Counted from the first letter of the stretch, positions 36,993-47,179 are shown. The stretch: DNA of 64,000 bases from Candidatus Kapaibacterium sp. (GCA_035445085.1 DAOMQA010000006.1:21540-85539), one strand, 5' to 3'. Made by a program: numbers and translations. Notes: generated from the letters alone by a model not told the origin.

Positions 36993-37658
36993 TTAATTAT
37001 TCAAAGCCCAAACAATGAGGTTAGTACCAAATTGAAGAGCCTTTTCTCGTTTTTCAGGTGGATTATTGTGTATAGAAGATTCAACCCAACCGTCACTTGG
37101 ATTGGATTCGTAAGTATATACAACGCAAAGTCTACCGTTATAAAACAAACCAAAGGTTTGCGGTGGTTTGTTATTATGCTCATGAATTTTGGGTACTCCG
37201 TTTGGAAACTGAAAATGAGCTTTAAATAAACCATGATTGTATGGGAGTTCTGTAAACTCTTGGTCTGGAAATACTTTCTTCATTTCTCTACGTATATATT
37301 CATCTAAGCCGTAATCATCATCTACATATAAAAAACCGCCGTTTTCTAAATATGCTCTTAATCTCCTCACTTCGCTATCTGTAAATGAAATAGAACCATG
37401 CCCAGTAAGAAAAAGTATAGGGTAATCAAAGACTTTGTCGGTATTTAGATCTACATATTCATAGACTGGGTTCACATTTAAATTAGTATTTTTTCTAACG
37501 TAATTTAATAAGTTTACTTCCCCAGAAGGATCGTTATACCAATCGCCACCTCCAGAATACTTTAACCGAGCTAAGGTTATTAAAGAACTATTACTTTCTG
37601 ATTGTAAAGGTTCAATTAAAATGCTTATTAGAAATATAAGAAATACTAACTTTTTCAT
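36993..37658 (-). CDS. Secreted DUF4159-like protein
   Basis: 221 aa with a signal peptide, then LARLKYSGGGDWYNDPSGEVNLLNYV. This matches my recollection of the DUF4159 family, which usually partners with DUF4175 proteins. Confidence 0.5.
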   Translation of the reverse strand: MKKLVFLIFLISILIEPLQSESNSSLITLARLKYSGGGDWYNDPSGEVNLLNYVRKNTNLNVNPVYEYVDLNTDKVFDYPILFLTGHGSISFTDSEVRRLRAYLENGGFLYVDDDYGLDEYIRREMKKVFPDQEFTELPYNHGLFKAHFQFPNGVPKIHEHNNKPPQTFGLFYNGRLCVVYTYESNPSDGWVESSIHNNPPEKREKALQFGTNLIVWALNN

Positions 37659-37711
37659 AGTCCTATCTATTATACTTGATTATTCTGATTGACGAAATTG
37701 AAAATGATAAA

Positions 37712-38737
37712 TTACAAAGACGTACCTTTCTTTGCACGTAATGGGCGTGAATTAACAGTAAAAATTAGATTATTATACTTAGAATCGTTTAATTTTAGTT
37801 TATTCGAGGCTAAAAATCCAATCATTGCTGCATTATCAAGGCAAAAGTGCATATTAGGGAAATATACATTAATAGCGTTTTTATTCCCAAGATTATTCAT
37901 TTTATTTCTTAGACGGCTATTAGCAGATACACCACCAGATACACATAAATTCACTATTGAATAATGTTTGGCTGCTTTAATTGATTTATTAACTAAAACA
38001 TCTACAATTGCTTCCTGCAATGAAGCAGATATGTTATTAATTTCATCTATATAGCTATTGTTTGGAAAGTTATTTTGAAGAAAATACCTTACAGATGTTT
38101 TTAAGCCACTAAAACTAAAATTAAAGTTATTATCATTAATCATTGGCCTAGGAAAATTATATGCTTTGCTATTTCCATCTTTGGCTAATTTATCTATCAT
38201 AGGACCTCCCGGGTACTCTAAGCCTAATAATTTAGCTATTTTATCAAATGCTTCCCCAGCTGCATCATCCTTAGTTAATCCAATGGTTTCGTATTGATTA
38301 AACGAGTCTACTTTAAATAAGGCAGTATGCCCGCCACTTACCACTAAAGATATAAATGGAAATTTCAAGTCTGAATTATCTATCATTGCTGAGTATAAAT
38401 GACCTTCAATATGATTGATTGGCACAATAGGAAGATTGTGAGATAGAGCTAAACCCTTTGCAAAATTAGCCCCTACAACTAATGAACCATAAAGACCAGG
38501 TTCGACAGTAACCGCAATAGCATCTATCTGTTTTATGTCTAATGCTGATATAGTAAGAGCTTGTTCCACAATTTCGCTAATAATATCAAGATGTGCTCTC
38601 GAGGCTAATTCTGGTATAATCCCGCCATATTTTGAATGAAAGTACTGTGAGCTAATCACATTACTTAGTATAGTTGAACCATCAATTATAGAAGCGGCTG
38701 TATCATCGCAAGATGTTTCAATTGCTAATATCTTCAT
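37712..38737 (-). CDS. tsaD: tRNA N6-adenosine threonylcarbamoyltransferase
   Basis: 341 aa beginning MKILAIETSCDDTAASIIDG, with the conserved HxxGH metal-binding motif (NHIEGHLYSA). Confidence 0.9.
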   Translation of the reverse strand: MKILAIETSCDDTAASIIDGSTILSNVISSQYFHSKYGGIIPELASRAHLDIISEIVEQALTISALDIKQIDAIAVTVEPGLYGSLVVGANFAKGLALSHNLPIVPINHIEGHLYSAMIDNSDLKFPFISLVVSGGHTALFKVDSFNQYETIGLTKDDAAGEAFDKIAKLLGLEYPGGPMIDKLAKDGNSKAYNFPRPMINDNNFNFSFSGLKTSVRYFLQNNFPNNSYIDEINNISASLQEAIVDVLVNKSIKAAKHYSIVNLCVSGGVSANSRLRNKMNNLGNKNAINVYFPNMHFCLDNAAMIGFLASNKLKLNDSKYNNLIFTVNSRPLRAKKGTSL

Positions 38738-39983
38738 TCGCTAATATCCTATCTCGAATTATCAATAAGGCTTCGGTAACTGCTCGTTCTCTATTTAGTA
38801 TCCGATCATTACCAAATATAAATTTTTTAGAAGAAGTCTCATATTTATCAGAATATCCTATATATACTGTGCCAATAGGCTTATCAGTCGTTCCACCATT
38901 TGGACCAGCAATTCCTGTTATAGAGATACCAATGTCAGTATGTAATAAATTCCTTGTATTAAAAGCCATAATTTCTGCTGTTTGTGCGCTGACAGCACCA
39001 TAAGCCTCTAATATATTTATCGGAACATTTAATAAATCTTCTTTAGATTTATTTGAGTAAGTCTGGAAACCACCTACAAAGTATGCGGAACTACCATCAA
39101 TCTGTGTTAAGGTTGCTCCTAATAATCCACCAGTACAAGATTCAGCAACAGATATAGTTAATTTAGATTCCCTTAATAGCTTTGCAAGATATGTTATTAT
39201 ATCCTCTTTGCCATATCCAATAACATAAGGGCTTATTTTCTTGTTGATGCTGTTTTCAAAATCTTCAATCATTTTATTTGCTGTATCAAAATCTTTTGCC
39301 TTTGCTCCGATCCTTAATCGAACACCTTTGCTCGACGGAAGATATGCTAATAATATACCATTTGGGTAGTTACTTTCTGCTCCAATTAATTCAGCTAATT
39401 TGGATTCGTATATCCCAGCTGTAATGATTGTTTTAAATTTAATGATTTCTTCAAGAGATTTTTGTAGTTCTTGTTGAATTATAGGTAAAACTTCATTATA
39501 CATTAAGTACGTCATTTCTGACGGGACACCGGGCAATAAAATAATTTTTTGATTATTCTCACGAATAAATATACCCGGAGCTGTCCCTACATTATTATGC
39601 AAAGCTAAACTTTTTGACGGGATATTCGCTTGCTCTTTATGGACATTACTGATTTCTCGACCCTTTTCAGAGAGCATATTAATAATATGCTTTAAGGTAG
39701 GTTCGGAGGTTTTTAATTCATCATTGAAATACTCAGCAACGGCTCTTTTAGTTTTATCATCGTCCGTAGGTCCTAATCCACCTGTAGTAATAACAAAATC
39801 AGAATATTGAAAGGCGAAATTTAATTCTCTTTGAATATCTCTAATGTTATCCCCAACAGTACCATGATAAACTATATTTACACCGATTTCAGTAAGTAAT
39901 TCGGAAATAAAGGCGACATTAGTGTTAATAATTTGCCCATTTAATATTTCATCACCAATCGTTATTATTGAGATTTTATACAT
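38718..39983 (-). CDS. cinA: Competence/damage-inducible protein CinA (MoCF-biosynthesis domain plus CinA C-terminal domain)
   Basis: 421 aa beginning MYKISIITIGDEILNGQIINTNVAFISE. It overlaps tsaD by 20 nt. Confidence 0.85.
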   Translation of the reverse strand: MYKISIITIGDEILNGQIINTNVAFISELLTEIGVNIVYHGTVGDNIRDIQRELNFAFQYSDFVITTGGLGPTDDDKTKRAVAEYFNDELKTSEPTLKHIINMLSEKGREISNVHKEQANIPSKSLALHNNVGTAPGIFIRENNQKIILLPGVPSEMTYLMYNEVLPIIQQELQKSLEEIIKFKTIITAGIYESKLAELIGAESNYPNGILLAYLPSSKGVRLRIGAKAKDFDTANKMIEDFENSINKKISPYVIGYGKEDIITYLAKLLRESKLTISVAESCTGGLLGATLTQIDGSSAYFVGGFQTYSNKSKEDLLNVPINILEAYGAVSAQTAEIMAFNTRNLLHTDIGISITGIAGPNGGTTDKPIGTVYIGYSDKYETSSKKFIFGNDRILNRERAVTEALLIIRDRILANEDISN

Positions 39984-39987
39984 AATT

Positions 39988-40968
39988 CTAAAACATTCCA
40001 GAAATAAGCTCTTCTAAAGAGATATTTTTAAAATACTCATCAATATCGAATTGTTTTAATTTTAATTTTATTGAATCTATGTCGTGTCTAGTCCCAATAA
40101 GTGCATCTTCTATGTCTTGGGTTTCTTTTATATTAAAATAATCACCAAATATTTTTGCTTTTTGAATTACTCCATCTTCTACTATTAAGTGAAATTCAAT
40201 ATTTCCACCATTAGTATGAATTAACTTCTCAAAGTTATATTTAGCATGCCAACCGTAGTTCCAATCCCAAGTTGAATATTTCTCTTCAGCTATACCTTTA
40301 ATTATGGATTTATCGTAATCGGATAACTCATAAAACTTAGCATCTGGATACATTGATATAATTTTTTCCATTATCATATTCTTAAAAGACTCTAAATCTA
40401 AAGGCTCTTTTAGATGGTCGCTTACATTTGTTACTCTTGCTCTTACTGATTTTACGGTTTTATCTATATATTTTAAAGGGTTAACTTTTAGAGCATCTGA
40501 TAAATCTTTCATTTCGGAAGCAAATAAAATTGTTCCATGTTGAAGCACTCTATTCTTTAATACGTGGACTGCATTCCCAGAGAATTTTTTACCGTCTATG
40601 GTTAAGTCATTTCTACCTTCAAACTTAGCTGGAACATCTAACGAGTTTAATACTTCAATGATAGGTAAGGTGTATTTTTGAAAGTCAACTAATTTCCCTT
40701 CGGTAGAATTAACGATAAATGTAAAATTTAAATTACCTAAATCGTGAAATACCGCTCCACCACCCGAAAGTCTTCTAACGACTTTAATATTTTTATTTCG
40801 TACTACATCTAAATTGATTTCAGCTAAAGTATTTTGATGTTTGCCAACAATGATGGCATTATCATTTCTCCAAAGCATAAATATATCATCATTGAATTTA
40901 TGAAATAGGTAATCTTCTGTTGCCATATTAAAGTAAGGGTCGGTAGAATTATTATATATACAAAGCAT
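39988..40968 (-). CDS. lplA: Lipoate-protein ligase A
   Basis: 326 aa with N-terminus ...YFNMATEDYLF and the RRLSGGGAVFHDLGN lipoyl-AMP binding motif. Confidence 0.85.
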   Translation of the reverse strand: MLCIYNNSTDPYFNMATEDYLFHKFNDDIFMLWRNDNAIIVGKHQNTLAEINLDVVRNKNIKVVRRLSGGGAVFHDLGNLNFTFIVNSTEGKLVDFQKYTLPIIEVLNSLDVPAKFEGRNDLTIDGKKFSGNAVHVLKNRVLQHGTILFASEMKDLSDALKVNPLKYIDKTVKSVRARVTNVSDHLKEPLDLESFKNMIMEKIISMYPDAKFYELSDYDKSIIKGIAEEKYSTWDWNYGWHAKYNFEKLIHTNGGNIEFHLIVEDGVIQKAKIFGDYFNIKETQDIEDALIGTRHDIDSIKLKLKQFDIDEYFKNISLEELISGMF

Positions 40969-41098
40969 TTTTATCTCAAAAAAATTATTTAATAAAGCTC
41001 ATTGAAGCTATAATAACGTATCAAAGTAAAAATTATAGTAAATTATTATTTTTTCCTATATTATTTAACTATTTTGGCTACTTTAATAAGTTATCAAA

Positions 41099-42034
41099 AT
41101 GAATATTTTAAGAAATAGTACAATTAATAGGATTATTTATCTGTCTTTGGGCGCCCTATGCTTGTTCCCTATAATGTCGCCACCATTCGCCTTATTTTTG
41201 GGGATAGTTGTAACGCAATTGTTTGAGCATCCATACCCCAAATTAAATAAAAAATTAACTAAATATTTACTCCAAATTTCTGTTGTAGGTTTAGGATTTG
41301 GCATAAATTTACAAACTGCATTAAAAGCAGGGAGTGAGGGGCTTATATTTACAATTATCTCAATTAGTACTACTATATTAATAGGGTATTTATTAGGTAA
41401 GTTCTTGAAAGTTGATAAGGTGATATCTTACTTGATATCTGGGGGTACAGCTATTTGCGGTGGTAGTGCTATTGCTGCTTTAACTCCTATTGTCAAAGCA
41501 AATGATAAGCAAGTTAGTATAGCTTTGGGAACAATATTTATTTTAAATTCTTTTGCTCTTTTTATTTTTCCACTAATAGGACATTATTTTAAATTAAGTC
41601 AATCTGATTTTGGAATATGGTGTGCTATTGCTATACACGATACTAGTTCCGTAGTAGGTGCAGCAACTATGTATGGGAGCGAAGCTTTACAAATTGCAAC
41701 AACAGTAAAACTAATGAGAGCATTATGGATAATCCCTGTGGCATTTATAAGCTCACTATTATTTAAAAGTAAAGATTCTAAAATTAATATTCCCTATTTT
41801 ATTGGCTACTTTATTTTAGCGATAGTTATTAACTCATATTATCCATTAGTACAAAAAATTAATTATATAATTGTTGATATTTCAAAATCGCTTCTTACTC
41901 TTACTTTGTTTTTAATAGGGACAAGCCTATCGAGATTAGCGTTAAAGGCAGTAGGAATTAAACCAATAATACAAGGAATGCTTCTATGGATATTAATTTC
42001 AGTTACTTCTCTTATTGCAATATTAAATTTTTAA
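41099..42034 (+). CDS. Putative sulfate exporter family transporter (YeiH/UPF0324)
   Basis: 311 aa, polytopic, with the glycine-rich segment LISGGTAICGGSAIAA typical of the family. Confidence 0.6.
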   Translation: MNILRNSTINRIIYLSLGALCLFPIMSPPFALFLGIVVTQLFEHPYPKLNKKLTKYLLQISVVGLGFGINLQTALKAGSEGLIFTIISISTTILIGYLLGKFLKVDKVISYLISGGTAICGGSAIAALTPIVKANDKQVSIALGTIFILNSFALFIFPLIGHYFKLSQSDFGIWCAIAIHDTSSVVGAATMYGSEALQIATTVKLMRALWIIPVAFISSLLFKSKDSKINIPYFIGYFILAIVINSYYPLVQKINYIIVDISKSLLTLTLFLIGTSLSRLALKAVGIKPIIQGMLLWILISVTSLIAILNF

Positions 42035-42124
42035 TCTATTATTGATATTTTATTGTTATTTTGTAGAATTACTAATTGATATATGCAATTAAGGTATTTA
42101 TTTGATAAATATATAGGAAAAAGT

Positions 42125-42535
42125 ATGAAGATTAAATCAATTTATGTAAATCTACCAATAAAAGACTTAGTAAAAACTAAAGAATTCTGGACTAAATTAG
42201 GCTTTACATTCAATGAAGATTTCAGCGATGATAAAGCGCTATGCCTGATGTTAAATGAAGATTCTATCTTTGCTATGCTAATAAGTGAAGCCTATTTTAC
42301 AACTTTTACGAACAGGCCAATTTCAGATGGTTCAACAACGCAAGTATTATTGGCTATTGAAGTAGATAGCAAAGAAGAAGTTGATACTATAGTTAATACA
42401 GCTCTTGATAATGGAGGCAAAAGATATAGAAATGGAGAAGATTTGACTTGGATGTACTATGATAGCTTTGAAGATATTGATGGACATCAATGGGAGGTCT
42501 TATTTACGGATATAAGTAAATTACCACAGGATTAA
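42125..42535 (+). CDS. VOC (glyoxalase/bleomycin-resistance) family protein
   Basis: Start chosen at the internal ATG (MKIKSIYVNLPIKDLVKTKEFWTKLGF), a VOC-fold N-terminus of about 136 aa. Confidence 0.55.
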   Translation: MKIKSIYVNLPIKDLVKTKEFWTKLGFTFNEDFSDDKALCLMLNEDSIFAMLISEAYFTTFTNRPISDGSTTQVLLAIEVDSKEEVDTIVNTALDNGGKRYRNGEDLTWMYYDSFEDIDGHQWEVLFTDISKLPQD

Positions 42536-42563
42536 TTGATATTTATAATTAAGGAGTAAAACA

Positions 42564-43145
42564 ATGAAAAAAATATTAATAATTTTAGCATTATTATGTA
42601 GCTTGACAGCTTTTACAATAATGAATAATAGTTGGGTAAACGACCCACCTCACTCGCAGTTAGCTTTTACTGTAAAGCATTTTTCAATAAATGAAGTAAC
42701 TGGCTATTTCAAAGATTTTAAAGTAGAAATAGATGCTCCAAACTTGGATTTTAATAGTGCAAAAATAAGTATGTCTGCTAATATATCGTCGATAGATACT
42801 CGCGTTGAAGCAAGAGACAATCATCTAAGAAGCCCAGATTTTTTTGATGAAGCAAAGTACCCAACACTTTCGTTCATAAGTACATCGATAAGCCAAGACG
42901 ATGATGATAAAAATGAATATGATGTAGTAGGAGACTTAACGATGCATGGTATAACAAAGCAAATCAAATTAGAATTAGAATATAAAGGTAAAACAATCAA
43001 TCCAACAAATAAGCAAGAGATTATAGCGTTTGTAATAAAAGGAAATTTATATCGTTCTGATTTTGGTATAGGTAGTAAATTTGCTGATAATTTTATTAGT
43101 AATAAAGTTGAAATTAGAGGAGATGGAGAGTTTGTTAAAAGATAA
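42564..43145 (+). CDS. YceI family periplasmic protein
   Basis: 193 aa with a signal peptide and YceI-like motifs (LAFTVKHFSINEVTGYFKDF, DLTMHGITKQIKLELEY). Confidence 0.75.
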   Translation: MKKILIILALLCSLTAFTIMNNSWVNDPPHSQLAFTVKHFSINEVTGYFKDFKVEIDAPNLDFNSAKISMSANISSIDTRVEARDNHLRSPDFFDEAKYPTLSFISTSISQDDDDKNEYDVVGDLTMHGITKQIKLELEYKGKTINPTNKQEIIAFVIKGNLYRSDFGIGSKFADNFISNKVEIRGDGEFVKR

Positions 43146-43167
43146 TGTCAAGAAATGCCTAAATTTT

Positions 43168-43584
43168 ATGCTAAACCCATATACAGATAATAATATCGCT
43201 GGGTTTAGCATGTTATTCCTAAGATTCTTTGTAGGTATTCTATTAATGACACATGGCTACCCAAAGCTAATGAGGCTTTTCTCTGGAGAAGAAATAATGT
43301 TTACTTCAGTTATGGGTATGACGCCTATGATGTCTATGGCGTTAGCAATGTCTGCTGAATTTATAGGAGCTATCTTAATAATTTTAGGATTCTTGACTAG
43401 GTTTGCGGCAATACCGATAATAATTACTATGTTGGTTGTTGTATTTTATGTAGATAAAGGCTTGCCGTTCGTAAAAAGTGAACTTGCAATAATGTATCTT
43501 ATTTCATATACATATATATTTTTGAATGGTGCAGGCAAGCATTCGGTTGATAATTTAATACATCAAAAGCTATTTAATAAATAA
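43168..43584 (+). CDS. DoxX family membrane protein
   Basis: DoxX-like MLFLRFFVGILLMTHGYPKL. Start chosen at the in-frame ATG at 43168 rather than the 43081 track start, which overlaps yceI. Confidence 0.6.
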   Translation: MLNPYTDNNIAGFSMLFLRFFVGILLMTHGYPKLMRLFSGEEIMFTSVMGMTPMMSMALAMSAEFIGAILIILGFLTRFAAIPIIITMLVVVFYVDKGLPFVKSELAIMYLISYTYIFLNGAGKHSVDNLIHQKLFNK

Positions 43585-43592
43585 AGGATACT

Positions 43593-44120
43593 TTGTTACG
43601 AATAGCCTCTTTTATGTTAATCCTATTTTTCGTCTTCAATTTATTTGGAGGGCTATTATCATTTGTAATTTTACAAAAAAAACATCAAAAAGACGTTAAG
43701 CGTGAAATTATTAACCTCTTGTCAGACAGTGAATTAGTTACTTTCATCTTTCCAAAAGATACAAAAGAGCAAAAGAAAACTGGTATAGTTTGGATACATA
43801 GCCAGGAATTTAGATATAAGAATAAAATGTATGATATCGTGAGGAAGTCTACAATTGGCGATAGTATTAAATATATAGTTTACTACGACAAAAAAGAAAC
43901 TAACTTGATTTCTGCATTTATTAATTCTTTTGATAGTGATGAAAGCAAGAAGCGTAATTCAAGACTATCTAATCTTAAATTATTTAAGCTAGATTATATT
44001 CAAGATAGCTTTGTTAAAATAGAGCCTACTTATAAAATAATTCAATATTATAATGATTTTATTATTAATTATTCTTTCCTTAATATAAAGATAATTTTCA
44101 AACCACCTTGCTTTATTTAA
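43593..44120 (+). CDS. Hypothetical membrane-anchored protein
   Basis: 175 aa with an N-terminal TM helix and no recognisable motif. Confidence 0.35.
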   Translation: MLRIASFMLILFFVFNLFGGLLSFVILQKKHQKDVKREIINLLSDSELVTFIFPKDTKEQKKTGIVWIHSQEFRYKNKMYDIVRKSTIGDSIKYIVYYDKKETNLISAFINSFDSDESKKRNSRLSNLKLFKLDYIQDSFVKIEPTYKIIQYYNDFIINYSFLNIKIIFKPPCFI

Positions 44121-44186
44121 TTTTCTATAAGAATACTACACTTTTAACATACACTTCATAAAGTATATGTTAAATAGGTTTATATA

Positions 44187-44222
44187 GATAATTGAGTACG
44201 TATATTGATTTACTCATTTATC
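44187..44222. promoter_or_regulatory. Putative palindromic operator upstream of the TonB-dependent receptor
   Basis: A 12-bp inverted repeat GATAATTGAGTA-(12 nt)-TACTCATTTATC, with 11 of 12 positions complementary, sits about 50-85 nt upstream of the receptor ATG. The half-sites resemble GATAAT Fur-box-like hexamers. Confidence 0.45.
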
Positions 44223-44272
44223 TAAGCTTGTGTTTTTTATAAATTTGAATTAAATATAATTATGGAAATAAA

Positions 44273-46288
44273 ATGAAAATTTTGATAAAAATATTATTAG
44301 CCTTTACTTTAAGTGTTTATTGTCTCTTTGCAGAATCAAGCAAGGATTCACTTAAAGTTTATAGATTAGGAGCTTTATCAGTTGATGCCTTTAAAGATAA
44401 ACAAATAACTGAAAGTTCAATCTATACAATTAACTATGCAGCAATTAAAAGAACTGACTTAGTTAAATTCTCAGAAATACAACAAATAATCCCATCTGCC
44501 AGAATTAGGACAAATTCACGTGGTGAATCGTTAATATTCTTACGTGGCATAGGGGAGAGATCTGTAGGAGTCTTTTTAGATGGTATTCCTTTAAATATAG
44601 CTTGGGATAATAGAATAGATTTGAGTATGGTGCCAAGCGATGTAATTGGTGGTATAGATGTAAATACAAACGCATCATCAATATTATTAGGCTCTAACGT
44701 GGTAGGCGGTGCTTTAAATATTAATACTTTTGAAAGAGCAAGCGAAGGTAACGGTTTTGATCTATCGCTTAGAACTTCCAATTCTGATAATAATTCTATA
44801 TCATTGACAAGTAGTAGTAGGAATGGAGCTTTTAATTCGATTATCAGCTTGTCATATAATAGTAGTATGGGTAATTTGAATCCAAATAAATTAGAGCCTT
44901 CAATTACAGGTGCTAATATTTTTAATCAGAATATTGATGATAAATATAGAACCAATACGAATTATAAAAACTTATCATTATATACAAGAGGGGAATATAA
45001 ACTATCAGATAACTTTACTATTGGCTTATCATATTTATCATATAGTGGTAGTAAAGGGGTAGCCCCAGAATATCATTTAGATTCAAATTCAGCAAGATAT
45101 TGGATATATCCAGAGTTTTCTCGGAATTTAATTGGATTAAACTTAGAGTATATCCCACAATTTGGATTTAATTCTATATTAAGAGTCAATTCGTGGTACG
45201 ATAAATTTACTCAAACAATAGATTCTTATACTAATTATGATTATATGACTTTAAATGATAAACAAAATGATAATGACAATTCGCTAGGTTTGAGACTAAA
45301 TTATCAAATAGATTTATCGTCGAGTCAATACTTACTAATAGGTATAAATTATCTCAATTCTTATCATACTGAAAGATATATTATCGGAGACTTATTAGAG
45401 TATGAGCAAAATAATTTGAATATAGGACTTCAGTATGGTGGATCAATTTCTAATTTAAGTTATAAAGTTGGTGGAGTATATGATAATTTTACAAGTCCAT
45501 TAACGGGTGAATTTGTTCAAAATCGCAATTTATCTCAAAGTGATTGGGGCGCTTTTTTAAGTTTAGAGTATAAACTTACAGAGTATTTATCAGTATATAG
45601 TAATTTGAGTAGAAGAACGAGATTCCCTACTATGCGAGAGTCATATACAGGGGGACTAAATAAATTTATAGTAAATCCAGACTTAAAAGCTGAAACAGGG
45701 GTAATTACTGATTTAGGTGCAAAATATACTCATGAAAATTTTAGTATTAATTTAAGTGCTTTCTATACAGATTATAGCAATATGATTGTAAGAATTAGAT
45801 TACCAAAGGAGCAGGATTCTTTACGCCGTAGAATGAGAGTGAATATAGCAGAAGCTAACGTGATAGGAAGTACTTTAGACTTAAATACTAAAATTACGGA
45901 TAAGTTATCGTTAAATGCTAACATAACTTATATGAAGTCGGAAGGAAAAGAAAGTGGAGTTACAAAAGACTGGCTTGATAATAGACCAGAGTTTAACGGT
46001 GGCTTAGATATAAATTATAATTTTAATTTTGGATTGAGCGTTGTTGCTGAAGCCGATATTATTGCTGGAAATTATGAGCAAAACCCAGACGATGTAAATA
46101 ACAAAATAGAATTAGCTTCTAATACATTTTTTAATTTTAGATTAGCATATAATAAAATTAATATTAATGGAGCTTTGGGTGAAGTTTATCTTAGAGCAAA
46201 TAATATATTTGATAGCTATCGCGAAATACAATTAGGATTGTATGATCCCGGAAGAACTTTATACTTAGGCTTAAAATTGTCGATTTAA
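44273..46288 (+). CDS. TonB-dependent outer-membrane receptor
   Basis: 671 aa with a signal peptide and a plug domain (ESLIFLRGIGERSVGVFLDGIPLN), followed by a long beta-barrel. Confidence 0.8.
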   Translation: MKILIKILLAFTLSVYCLFAESSKDSLKVYRLGALSVDAFKDKQITESSIYTINYAAIKRTDLVKFSEIQQIIPSARIRTNSRGESLIFLRGIGERSVGVFLDGIPLNIAWDNRIDLSMVPSDVIGGIDVNTNASSILLGSNVVGGALNINTFERASEGNGFDLSLRTSNSDNNSISLTSSSRNGAFNSIISLSYNSSMGNLNPNKLEPSITGANIFNQNIDDKYRTNTNYKNLSLYTRGEYKLSDNFTIGLSYLSYSGSKGVAPEYHLDSNSARYWIYPEFSRNLIGLNLEYIPQFGFNSILRVNSWYDKFTQTIDSYTNYDYMTLNDKQNDNDNSLGLRLNYQIDLSSSQYLLIGINYLNSYHTERYIIGDLLEYEQNNLNIGLQYGGSISNLSYKVGGVYDNFTSPLTGEFVQNRNLSQSDWGAFLSLEYKLTEYLSVYSNLSRRTRFPTMRESYTGGLNKFIVNPDLKAETGVITDLGAKYTHENFSINLSAFYTDYSNMIVRIRLPKEQDSLRRRMRVNIAEANVIGSTLDLNTKITDKLSLNANITYMKSEGKESGVTKDWLDNRPEFNGGLDINYNFNFGLSVVAEADIIAGNYEQNPDDVNNKIELASNTFFNFRLAYNKININGALGEVYLRANNIFDSYREIQLGLYDPGRTLYLGLKLSI

Positions 46289-46292
46289 TTTT

Positions 46293-46330
46293 GACGCCGA
46301 CTATGAAAATAGTCGGCGTTTTTGATTTTT
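46293..46330 (+). terminator. Rho-independent terminator after the TonB-dependent receptor
   Basis: gacgccgactat-gaaa-atagtcggcgt hairpin followed by a T-run. Confidence 0.75.
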
Positions 46331-46364
46331 TTTATATATTTGAAGATAATCTAATGGTAAATAT

Positions 46365-47174
46365 ATGAAAATAGAAAATTATTTAATTGCTTCTGGTTCT
46401 AAAGTTAAATTAAGGGATTGGGACGCAGATGAATATTCAAGAAGTGATATTACTAAAGAAGAAGCAATACTCAAAACTAAAGAACTTAACCTAAAATTAG
46501 ATACTATCCAAAAAATCCAAAACGCAGAAAAAAAACATAAGATATTAATTGTATTCCAAGGAATGGATACAAGTGGTAAAGATGGTGCTATTAGAAATGT
46601 GTTTAATAGCGTAAACCCTAGCGGGGTATATGTTGCCCATTTTGGTTCTCCATCAAAAGATGAGTTATCAAAAGATTTCTTATGGCGTATACATAATAAG
46701 ATACCTGCAAAAGGTGAAATGGTAATTTTTAACCGCTCTCATTATGAAGATGTATTAATTGTAAGAGTGCAGAAACTTGCTCCTGATTCAGTGTGGAAAA
46801 AACGCTTTTCACATATCATAAATTTTGAAAAAATGCTATTTGATGAGGGGACAACAATTTATAAATTCTTCTTAAATATAAGTAAGGACGAGCAAAGAAA
46901 AAGATTACAATCTAGAATTGATAATCCTACTAAGCGTTGGAAATTAGACCCTAGTGATTTTATTGATAGGGAGAGGTGGAATGAATATATTAAAGCATAC
47001 GAAGACGTGTTATCTAAAACAAGTAAATCGTATGCTCCATGGTATATAATACCAGCTAATAAGAAGTGGTATCGTGATTTAATTATCTCTACAATCTTGG
47101 AAAAGGAGCTAAGTAAAATGAAAATGAAGTTTCCAGAGCCAAAAGAAGATTATTCGGGAATAATAATTAAATAA
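46365..47174 (+). CDS. Polyphosphate kinase 2 family (single-domain polyphosphate:nucleotide phosphotransferase)
   Basis: 269 aa. Walker A is FQGMDTSGKDG. The lid and Walker B region is WRIHNKIPAKGEMVIFNRSHYEDVL. A TATATTTG -7 motif lies about 25 nt upstream. Confidence 0.8.
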   Translation: MKIENYLIASGSKVKLRDWDADEYSRSDITKEEAILKTKELNLKLDTIQKIQNAEKKHKILIVFQGMDTSGKDGAIRNVFNSVNPSGVYVAHFGSPSKDELSKDFLWRIHNKIPAKGEMVIFNRSHYEDVLIVRVQKLAPDSVWKKRFSHIINFEKMLFDEGTTIYKFFLNISKDEQRKRLQSRIDNPTKRWKLDPSDFIDRERWNEYIKAYEDVLSKTSKSYAPWYIIPANKKWYRDLIISTILEKELSKMKMKFPEPKEDYSGIIIK

Positions 47175-47179
47175 AAGAA

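Noticed and set aside
43081-43167. Upstream extension of the DoxX ORF overlapping yceI by 65 nt
   Set aside because: DoxX proteins are about 130-140 aa, and the in-frame ATG at 43168 gives the canonical length. The extension is probably read-through of an open frame.
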